Below are positions 53,649 through 60,842 of a stretch of 64,000 bases of DNA, piece by piece. The notes beneath the pieces are model-generated. The model was not told where the DNA came from and did no database searches. It worked only from the letters and a program-made list of their open reading frames with translations. The translations under genes were made by a program, and so were the position numbers. The stretch's first letter is position 1; each line of letters begins with the position of its first letter. The stretch lies in the IMG/VR virus record IMGVR_UViG_3300045996_002337, positions 186,001 through 250,000 of that record, one strand, 5' to 3'.

Positions 53649-54080
53649 TTACATTAGCTGCTGTTTGCGGGCCAGCATCTGTTGCCCAAGTTTTGCCGTT
53701 TCGAGCCCACGTTCTTGAAGCTGAGGAAACATTTCTGTTTCTTCTTCCTTGACGTGATGCTCAATTGCCAACTTTAATGCCTTGATTTCCATGTCAAGGC
53801 GCATGCCAGTCTTGAGCTTCTCAATGTCAGCGATAAGCTTCTTCGCCATTGAGTGCTCCTTGACAGCTTCCTCAATGAGGTCGTCATCGCCAAGAACATC
53901 ACGAGCAGCCGGGTAGAAGAGTTCTTCTTCAATGGTTGTGTGTGCCTTTAGCGACTTGCAGATGTTGAACGCGATCGCTGCTTTTTCGGCGGCGTCGTTG
54001 TCGTTGTCAAGCTTTTCGAACTGCGCGAAGAGGGCTTCTACTTCACGGTGATCTTTTTCAAGAAGTTGAATTGCGTCCAT
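53649..54080 (-). CDS. hemerythrin/HHE cation-binding domain protein
   Basis: DH...H-x-x-IEEELFYPA...EH...HHVKEEETEMFP. Confidence 0.9.
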   Translation of the reverse strand: MDAIQLLEKDHREVEALFAQFEKLDNDNDAAEKAAIAFNICKSLKAHTTIEEELFYPAARDVLGDDDLIEEAVKEHSMAKKLIADIEKLKTGMRLDMEIKALKLAIEHHVKEEETEMFPQLQERGLETAKLGQQMLARKQQLM

Positions 54081-54090
54081 AATTGCCTCC

Positions 54091-54444
54091 TTAGATGTCA
54101 GTTTTCTTGGCCCCGCTTTGGGCGCGGGTGCGTTGAGCAGTCTGCCGTTCAGCTTCAAGTGGATCATAGATCGTCGATTGATCAATCTTCTTATCCTCTT
54201 TGATGCCGACAGCAACAGCTGGAAGAGATTGTCCCTGATTTACGGACTGGAGCGTCGTATCACCAACACCTTTTTGACCATCGTCTGGAGTTGGCTGTGG
54301 CGGTAGACGATTGATATCACCTTCGCGCTCGAGGCGCTTTAGGCGTTCATCTTCTGTTTCAACTTCTAGCGGCTCAACTGCTTCAAGATCTGGATCTTTA
54401 GGGAGCGAGTCGAAGTCCTTGCCTTTTTGAATTGGCGTGTTCAT
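54091..54444 (-). CDS. hypothetical hydrophilic protein
   Basis: 117-aa ORF. Confidence 0.6.
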   Translation of the reverse strand: MNTPIQKGKDFDSLPKDPDLEAVEPLEVETEDERLKRLEREGDINRLPPQPTPDDGQKGVGDTTLQSVNQGQSLPAVAVGIKEDKKIDQSTIYDPLEAERQTAQRTRAQSGAKKTDI

Positions 54445-54502
54445 GTCATCATCCTTTCATTCTACATGAAAGGTGCGGTGCCTCGGCACCGCACTCTGCA
54501 TC

Positions 54503-54886
54503 TTATTCGCGAACTGGTTTTGGCTGTTCTTGTGGTGGCATTGGAGCCGGAACAGGTTTTGGAGTTTGATCAACCTTAGGCGGCACTACTGGCGCGGGAG
54601 CTGCAGTGACAGGTGGAACTACAACTTGAACTGGGCGTTCAATTTCGCAGTCGTAAAACTCCGTGATTTCGCCGCGGTCAATGCGCTTTGGATTTTGACC
54701 AAGCGTATGATTGCCAGCGTAAAACCAAGGAAGGATGCAACCGTTGTCAACGGTGCCCTTACCAGCGTGGTGGTTGCTATAGTATTCAAAGCCACCGTTT
54801 GGTGTGCGCTTTCCCACAGGCTCGTGAGCGAAAGCGGATCCAGCGGCCGCCGAAACGGCGATAGCCGTAAGAAGTACCTTCATCAT
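54503..54886 (-). CDS. hypothetical exported protein
   Basis: Signal peptide; Pro-rich tail ending KPVRE. Confidence 0.65.
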   Translation of the reverse strand: MMKVLLTAIAVSAAAGSAFAHEPVGKRTPNGGFEYYSNHHAGKGTVDNGCILPWFYAGNHTLGQNPKRIDRGEITEFYDCEIERPVQVVVPPVTAAPAPVVPPKVDQTPKPVPAPMPPQEQPKPVRE

Positions 54887-54940
54887 GTAATCCCCTTAGG
54901 AATCGCTACAACATCGTAGCGTAATCCTATTTATTGAGGA

Positions 54941-55129
54941 TCACCCGTTGACGATCTTTGTTACGACATCTTGATCATCAACAAAGACCTTTAGTCTGGA
55001 AGGTTTTACACTGGCGTCAGTGTAATAGCCAGGGCGGAGCACCACAACAGACCCATGAAAGTTGGCTCTGATCAGAGGCAGAACCACAATAAGGGGGCGG
55101 CCGATGTATTGAGTGAAGGCTGGAGTCAT
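54941..55129 (-). CDS. peptidase-inhibitor I78-like small protein
   Basis: LRPGYYT-D...RL-x-VFVD...VV-x-KI-x-x-G. Confidence 0.55.
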   Translation of the reverse strand: MTPAFTQYIGRPLIVVLPLIRANFHGSVVVLRPGYYTDASVKPSRLKVFVDDQDVVTKIVNG

Positions 55130-55166
55130 AAATCTCTCCTAAATTTGAAATGCCATTAAACATGTC

Positions 55167-55243
55167 TGGTGCCCAAGGTCGGACTCGAACCGACAGATTG
55201 CAGGTTTTGAATCTGCTGCCTATACCAATTCGGCTACTTGGGC
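55167..55243 (-). tRNA. tRNA-Leu(CAA) with short variable arm
   Basis: TT-CAA-AA, A73, CCA. Confidence 0.75.
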
Positions 55244-55390
55244 AGTATTTAATTGACACCTTTCGTTTCGTAGCCAAATTACGAGAACCTTCTCCAGTCA
55301 AGGGAGCGTTTGTCGTAAAATCAAACCACGGTCTCGAAGAAGCAAGGTGCGTTCCGAGGCGACTAACTCTCAGTAGCACGTGTCAAAACT

Positions 55391-55484
55391 TGGCGGTGAC
55401 GATGGGATTCGAACCCATGGAGCCCGATGAAGGACCCTCTTCCTTAGCAGGGAAGTGCAATAAACCTGGCTCTGCCACGTCACC
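55391..55484 (-). tRNA. tRNA-Ser(GCT)
   Basis: CT-GCT-AA, long variable arm, G73, CCA. Confidence 0.9.
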
Positions 55485-55696
55485 ATAAATTCTTGCGCGC
55501 TGGTATTCGTTGCAGAACGACTTGTAGCTTTCACCTACCAGCAAGATCCAGTTGCACACCGTCAGCCACTGGCAATCTCCACCTCCGCACTCTTAAGGGC
55601 CGCTGAGGTCTCCCTAGCCTTCTTAACGAATCAGACCAAAACGTTCCTTTAGAGTCAAGGACAACTACCACATAGACGCTGTGGCCTCGCGAATTC

Positions 55697-55783
55697 TGGA
55701 GGAGAATAACGGAATCGAACCGTCACCTGTAAACAAATGGGCTGGCTTTCGAAACCAGTTACGCGCCATGCGTCCTATTCTCC
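55697..55783 (-). tRNA. tRNA-Ser(CGA)
   Basis: TT-CGA-AA, long variable arm, CCA; 5' part overlaps the NADAR stop. Confidence 0.8.
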
Positions 55784-56211
55784 ATGACTAACTTCCAGAG
55801 ATCAGCTCGAATTTCCATCAGCATGATCCCCAGCCTGTTCTTTCCAACACCTCGGCAAACTCCCCAGTACGTGTCGTTCCAGTGGTTAGTTTCCTCGATG
55901 TAAGCATCTCCTGTTGCCAAGAGCTGCGTCATAAACGGTTCCTGTGAGAACTTCTGGATCAAGAGGTCTCTCATGACGTCCTCTTTGATCTGTTCCCAAT
56001 CTTCTCGAATCTGAATCACGCGACCAAACTTCTTTGCCTCTGCGCCAGAAGCCGCCCTTGCGATCTTCTTTCTAAGCTCAATGTCAAGCGTCTTTGCCGC
56101 CTGGTATGCGTGTTCAGTGGATGGAAACGCGACGCCTTCAAACTGGACCCATACGGACCAAAAGTTTGACAGGAACCTATGGTCTCCGCTAAATCCCTTG
56201 ATCTCGTCCAT
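55759..56211 (-). CDS. NADAR (YbiA/DUF1768) family protein
   Basis: FLSNF...STEHAYQAAK...KFSQ...LLATG...E-x-x-x-W-x-D-x-YWG...GKNRLG-x-x-LME-x-R. Confidence 0.92.
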   Translation of the reverse strand: MDEIKGFSGDHRFLSNFWSVWVQFEGVAFPSTEHAYQAAKTLDIELRKKIARAASGAEAKKFGRVIQIREDWEQIKEDVMRDLLIQKFSQEPFMTQLLATGDAYIEETNHWNDTYWGVCRGVGKNRLGIMLMEIRADLWKLVMENRTHGA

Positions 56212-56224
56212 CTTAGTTTCCTAT

Positions 56225-56332
56225 TGGCTCCCCAACCTGGGCTCGAACCAGGGACCTGCGGATTAACTAGAACACCCGATAAACCAGATGTTCGGTGTCA
56301 GTCCGACGCTCTACCAACTGAGCTATTGGGGA
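56225..56332 (-). tRNA. tRNA-Asn(GTT) interrupted by a 32-nt insertion in the anticodon loop
   Basis: Canonical Asn body; loop reads CTG[ACACCGAACATCTGGTTTATCGGGTGTTCTAG]TTAA; removing 32 nt restores CT-GTT-AA. Confidence 0.8.
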
Positions 56333-56338
56333 ATTGAT

Positions 56339-56665
56339 TTACCAGCTAACGGTAACGTTTGCGATAAAACCGTTGCGGCTGTTCACCGTTACTGTAAAGC
56401 CATCATTCTGCATGAGAACAACCGCGGCTTGCAGCTGATCGTCAATTTCTTGTTCGGTTAGGTGAAAGATCCCCAGCGCCCCGATTGAAACGTTGACGTT
56501 TAACGTCTTCGTAAACAGCCCAGCTTCAGCAGCATTTGAAACGGCGTTCTCGACGCTTCCATAGAAGCTGTTCATGACTTCAGCCTTCGTTGCGTCCTTA
56601 GCTTCAGGCGTGGTCAGAAGTGCAAGCTGTTCAACAGCGCGGGCATTAGCATCACTTGCTAGCAT
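56339..56665 (-). CDS. hypothetical protein
   Basis: 108-aa ORF, SD AAGGA. Confidence 0.65.
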   Translation of the reverse strand: MLASDANARAVEQLALLTTPEAKDATKAEVMNSFYGSVENAVSNAAEAGLFTKTLNVNVSIGALGIFHLTEQEIDDQLQAAVVLMQNDGFTVTVNSRNGFIANVTVSW

Positions 56666-56679
56666 AACATTTCCTTAAT

Positions 56680-56763
56680 TGGTGCGTACGGGGAGACTCG
56701 AACTCCCAATCCTTTCGGCGCTGGCTTCTAAGACCAGAGTGTATACCATTCCACCACGTACGC
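56680..56763 (-). tRNA. tRNA-Leu(TAG)
   Basis: CT-TAG-AA, variable arm, CCA. Confidence 0.9.
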
Positions 56764-56865
56764 ATTGTTTGGGTGACTAAAAGCCGGTGGGGTATCCGAG
56801 GTCAGGCTTCAACTCCATCCTCTTCCCATCCTCCGTTTACTTTCCTTACTTTCAGTCAGTTGTTT

Positions 56866-56939
56866 TGGTTCCTCTAGGTGGAATTGAACCACCGTCAGCC
56901 CCTTATAAGGAGGCCGCTCTACCATTGAGCTATAGAGGC
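56866..56939 (-). tRNA. tRNA-Ile(TAT)
   Basis: CT-TAT-AA; G1.A72 mismatch; CCA. Confidence 0.8.
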
Positions 56940-56940
56940 A

Positions 56941-57273
56941 TCAGATGGCAAAGCACTCAGCATGAGCTTTCACGTGAGTGAGAACATCACCACGGGCTGC
57001 AAAAACCTTTGTGCTATCATCAAACATCTTGGCATGAACGACCACTTTGCGGGTATTTCCAATGGTCACACCGCGAAACGTCTTGCCTGTAACCGTGATC
57101 TCGCACTCAATGCTGTCGTTGAAATTGTTCTTGATAACGCAGCGACCAGCCGACTTATTCCACAGACACCCTGGAGTAAGCTCAACGAGATCACGTTGTC
57201 GCTCTTGCCCATGTGAGGCAAGTGACATGAAAAGTGCAAATGCACCGATAAAATAAGCAGCAAGTTTCTTCAT
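56941..57273 (-). CDS. hypothetical exported protein
   Basis: Signal peptide, 4 Cys. Confidence 0.65.
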   Translation of the reverse strand: MKKLAAYFIGAFALFMSLASHGQERQRDLVELTPGCLWNKSAGRCVIKNNFNDSIECEITVTGKTFRGVTIGNTRKVVVHAKMFDDSTKVFAARGDVLTHVKAHAECFAI

Positions 57274-57481
57274 GTCAACATCTCCAACGTGGGGTTATTT
57301 GATTTCGTATTTGTCCGTTTTTCGGTATTAGGGTTCAGCGGTAACCCAGGGAATTCTTGATGGGCCAGGGTAAGCATCCATCATGTCCTACTTCGCCCGT
57401 TGCAGCTCCGGCTTTCGCGAGATACTGACGTGTCTAAGGACTTTGCGTCTGTCGGTGCACCGACAGGGTCGCCAAATTAAC

Positions 57482-57618
57482 AAAGCATAGAAACAACAAA
57501 AGGCGCTATCGGGAATTCCTGCCCCTGGACCACCTGCAGGATGCCACGAATCGAACGGGCTTGGGTTTATTTCCAATAATAGTAGATAACCGACAACAAA
57601 CGGTTGATTCTATGCTTT
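57482..57618 (-). ncRNA. Y-RNA-like RNA with degenerate T-loop module
   Basis: AAAGCATAGAA terminal stem; CAA-C-CG / TTG-TTG helix; GTTATC/GATAGC; TTCGATT hairpin. Confidence 0.55.
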
Positions 57619-57864
57619 GCCAACATTGGTGCGGGTGGAGGGACTTGAACCCTCAAAGCCGAAGCTGTCGGATTTTAAGTCCGATGTGGTTACCGATTTC
57701 ACCACACCCGCGCGTGTGATCCCCTCTGTTATCTCTAAAAGAGCGTCGAAACATTTTCCACAATTCATTGCACAGTTCGTTTTCATCATGATCTCTTCCG
57801 TCGTAAGAGGGAGAAGATCACGAATTGTCTGTTCAGAAACTCCAGCACAGATACAAACGATCAT
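57610..57864 (-). CDS. bfd: Bfd-like [2Fe-2S] ferredoxin whose frame runs through tRNA-Leu(TAA)
   Basis: MIVCIC...CGKC motif; own TATAAT promoter at ~57870. Confidence 0.75.
   Translation of the reverse strand: MIVCICAGVSEQTIRDLLPLTTEEIMMKTNCAMNCGKCFDALLEITEGITRAGVVKSVTTSDLKSDSFGFEGSSPSTRTNVGKA
57627..57711 (-). tRNA. tRNA-Leu(TAA)
   Basis: CT-TAA-AA, variable arm, CCA. Confidence 0.9.
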
Positions 57865-57903
57865 GAATCATTATAACACTAGTGGGAGCTAAGTGGAACC
57901 TAT

Positions 57904-58077
57904 TTACCGAAGAGCGATCATGCGCGAACGAAGACGTTCTTCATTGTCATACTCCGAGATCCAAAATTCAATCTCCTGTGGAGATTGCGGGTTCTTCGAA
58001 GCGACGAAACGTTCGAGCGCCGTCATTTGACGGGTGGAGAAAGCCTGCTTAAGCCAAGCGAAAATACGTGAGATCAT
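57904..58077 (-). CDS. small protein, DUF3563-like (57 aa, not in ORF track)
   Basis: MISRIFAWLKQAF...LERFVASKNPQSPQEIEFWISEYD. Confidence 0.5.
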   Translation of the reverse strand: MISRIFAWLKQAFSTRQMTALERFVASKNPQSPQEIEFWISEYDNEERLRSRMIALR

Positions 58078-58318
58078 GGTTCATGATCCTTTCTTTAAAA
58101 AGTTCCTTGTGGGAACGGTTTAGTGAAAGGCAGAACCGACATCCATCGACTACTCTGTTGAGTGATCCGCCATAGCCAACATTATTTACAGGTCTTGCTT
58201 CTTGTTAGGCTCTGTCCGCGCCTTTGCCACCGCGTAAGCGACAAAACGAACAGTAGCAACAAGCGCGATAAGACCCTTCAAAAACTTACTCATACGATCT
58301 TTCTTACAGTGGTGAAAA

Positions 58319-59266
58319 TTATCTCTCTACAATCACCAGCGTTCCCTTCTCAACGAGGTCAGCAACTTCAAGCGCGTCCCAGTTAGTGAGACGAATGCAG
58401 CCGTTAGAAGCGGTCTTTGAAATCTTTGAAGGTTCTGGTGTACCGTGAATTCCGTAATGCTTACGCGACAGCGCGATCCAGACTTCGCCAACTGGGTTGT
58501 TGGGGCCTGGACGAAGTGTTACCTTGGTGTTTGTCCCTGGGCTGACAAAGCGTTCAGGGTCGTAGTTGTAATACGGGTCCTTTGCGACTGCGACGACCTT
58601 CAGCTGACCAAACGGTGGAGGGCTCTTAGGAGAACCAAGCGTCGTTGGGTAGAAGCCGATAAGCTTCTCGCTGGCGTCATAAATGCGTACCGAACTTTCG
58701 GACTGGCTTACGACGATCTTCGCTACCTTCGTCGACAGGGTTTGCCCAACGCCCGGCACCTTGAGGACCGTGCCCTCAACAAGCTCAACGTCAGGATTCA
58801 ATTTCTTCAGCAGCTTCGGGCTGATCTGGAACTTCTCACCAAGCGCTTCTTCAAGCGACGTGTAGTGGAGATTGCCAGCCTTGCTCATACCCAGCATCGT
58901 ACGGGGGATTGAACGTTTGAGTGGCTGGTTCACATCTTCAGCCGTCAGTGTGTAGCTTACCATCAGGTCCGAACCGTTGTCACCCAGAGCGGTGAGGGTT
59001 GGCTGATCAATTTCTCCAGATGGCTCGAGACCTTTCTCTTGTTGGAAAGCTTTCAGCGAGCGCCGAACATTCGAACCCATCACGCCGTCAATTTCACCAA
59101 CTGAAAAGTGCCAACGATCGAGAAGGACTTGAACGCGTAGTGTCTGCGTGAACTCCTGTTCCTCGGTCATTTGTGGTGCTGAAGCAGGCTTAGCTGCTGG
59201 AGCAGGGGTCTGGGCCATCGCAGCAGAAACGCTGAGGGCCAAAAAGGTCATCAAGATCTTCTTCAT
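58319..59266 (-). CDS. L,D-transpeptidase (YkuD) with peptidoglycan-binding domain
   Basis: Signal peptide; QVLLD...GEIDG...ALKAFQ PG-binding domain; YGIHGT...ASNGCIRL. Confidence 0.92.
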   Translation of the reverse strand: MKKILMTFLALSVSAAMAQTPAPAAKPASAPQMTEEQEFTQTLRVQVLLDRWHFSVGEIDGVMGSNVRRSLKAFQQEKGLEPSGEIDQPTLTALGDNGSDLMVSYTLTAEDVNQPLKRSIPRTMLGMSKAGNLHYTSLEEALGEKFQISPKLLKKLNPDVELVEGTVLKVPGVGQTLSTKVAKIVVSQSESSVRIYDASEKLIGFYPTTLGSPKSPPPFGQLKVVAVAKDPYYNYDPERFVSPGTNTKVTLRPGPNNPVGEVWIALSRKHYGIHGTPEPSKISKTASNGCIRLTNWDALEVADLVEKGTLVIVER

Positions 59267-59311
59267 GTCATCTCCTTACGATCATCAGATCTATTTAGAA
59301 GATAACGAATT

Positions 59312-59433
59312 TGGAGCGCCGCCGAGGAATCGAACCTCTGATGCCAAGGTTGATCAGACCCAGCCTTATTTCCAACGTGAGTCACATCGATTGCTCGACA
59401 CTCACATGGTGCTACCATTACACCAAACAACGC
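59312..59433 (-). ncRNA. tRNA-like RNA without anticodon (GNRA-capped long arm)
   Basis: Acceptor plus T-CCA, D and T arms; GTGAGT-GTCGA-GCAA-TCGAT-GTG-ACTCAC replaces the anticodon arm; ~36-nt variable region. Confidence 0.6.
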
Positions 59434-59437
59434 ATAA

Positions 59438-59568
59438 AGCAACAAAGGAGCGATAACGAGTCTGCCTTTCGGCGAGGCGGCTGTCCTACCATTAGACTAC
59501 AGCTCATTGAGCCGGCGGGAATCGAACCCACGTTAACTGCTTGGGATAAACGTCATCTATCGGTTGCT
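59438..59568 (-). ncRNA. YrlA-like Y RNA (permuted tRNA module)
   Basis: GCAA-C-CGA...T arm (GTGGG TTCGATT CCCGC), acceptor closed by a loop (CGGCTC AAT GAGCTG), D arm (GTCT AATGGTA GGAC)...GCC-GAAA-GGC...TTG-TTGC. Confidence 0.75.
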
Positions 59569-59760
59569 AATCTTTTCACTCGGCCGGTGCGGTGGCTGAG
59601 GGCTTGGGCCACTTGTTAGGCTCCATTCCCCATGCTGCCCAGCGCTGCGCCCAAGTTGCCCAGTTCGTGGTGTTGTTGCCCGCGCACCGAATCGCACGTA
59701 GGGCCTCTTCCATCGAAGAAGGTTCTGTATTCAGGTCTTCGTTCATGCTGCGTTCCTTAT

Positions 59761-59847
59761 TGGTACGGGTGAGAGGATTCGAACCTCCATGGTCGCGATG
59801 ACCAACGCCTTCTGAAGACGCCGCGGCTCCCTTTTCGCCACACCCGC
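59761..59847 (-). tRNA. tRNA-Leu(CAG)
   Basis: TT-CAG-AA, variable arm, CCA. Confidence 0.8.
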
Positions 59848-60181
59848 AAATTTATGCGCCCACCTTCCGAGTACACGACTTCAAAGCATTCACCTTAGCA
59901 GCATAGTAGGATTGAGCTGACGTTCTCGAGTCCAACGAAATTAAGGCTTACTGTTCTCATGGGAAGTTGCCTCACGGACAGTTCATTCTACACGTTGACT
60001 AATTTGTAGTCAACTTGGAACACTGACAAACCAACCTGTTGACGGCGGGTGCCGGCTTTCAATTTATCGACACAGAAAAAGCGGGAACGGCTCTGTACTC
60101 CACAGCTCGAGGGAATTAGAGGGAACAGTGCGAAACTACTTCCCGAGGTCCTGCTTCCGCGGCCTCATATATCTAACTAAG

Positions 60182-60255
60182 TGGTTGCGGAGCCACGGAA
60201 TCGAACCGGCCCTTAGGGTTATGAGCCCCACGTGCTACCATCACACTCGCCCGCA
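60182..60255 (-). tRNA. initiator-like tRNA-fMet(CAT), irregular
   Basis: GGG/CCC anticodon stem, 1:72 mismatch, CT-CAT-AA, CCA. Confidence 0.7.
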
Positions 60256-60370
60256 ATTGATCGTGTCGTGGCAGGTTCTCGTAGGACACCTGCGTTTTGG
60301 TTGTCGACGTGTTTCCTCGACTTGGATTAGTCCAAGGAGTTCACTCACGTCTTTTGTCTACGACTTTGTT

Positions 60371-60460
60371 TGGAGGAGAAGGTGGGATTCGAACCCACGG
60401 GCCCCTTACGGAACCTCAACCTTTCCAAGGTTGTGCAATCGGCCGCTCTGCCACATCTCC
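60371..60460 (-). tRNA. tRNA-Ser(GGA)
   Basis: TT-GGA-AA, long variable arm, CCA. Confidence 0.9.
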
Positions 60461-60466
60461 ATTGTT

Positions 60467-60552
60467 TGGTGGGTCATCTAGGATTCGAACCTAGTGTGGC
60501 CGAAGCCGACGGGGTTACAGCCCGCTGCAGTCGCCAATGCTGCTCACAACCC
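60467..60552 (-). tRNA. tRNA-Tyr(GTA)
   Basis: CT-GTA-AC, variable arm, CCA. Confidence 0.9.
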
Positions 60553-60631
60553 AATGTTCTTGAACGACCTCAGACTTTTTATGTCGTTCGTTGCTGACAT
60601 TATCACCGCCACGTTCGCGGTAGTCAAATCT

Positions 60632-60749
60632 TGGTGGGGACTCGTGGGCTCGAACCACGGACCTACTAGATGTCTACTTTCTGCATGGACAATGGGCGCC
60701 GTTCCATGCAGTTTCGCTCTAATCGCTCTACCAACTGAGCTAAGTCCCC
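60632..60749 (-). ncRNA. tRNA-like RNA with a hairpin inserted in the anticodon loop
   Basis: Near-consensus acceptor, D and T arms plus CCA; loop holds a CTGCATGGA/TCCATGCAG hairpin; no clean 7-nt anticodon loop. Confidence 0.65.
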
Positions 60750-60842
60750 ATTTCACAGAACACACATCGAATCAACTTGTTCCCTTGGGCAGGAACACGC
60801 TGCAGGCGCTTGATTCTTTCCACTAATGTATGTGCTGTGAAA

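Noticed and set aside
55167-55243. UGA suppressor or selenocysteine tRNA (TCA read in TTCAAAA)
   Set aside because: The stem register places CAA at 34-36, shifting to TCA destroys the stem, and there are no SelC features. The same applies to TTCAGAA at 59761.
56225-56332. Group I or group II intron in tRNA-Asn
   Set aside because: 32 nt is far too short, and no P7 core or domain V is present.
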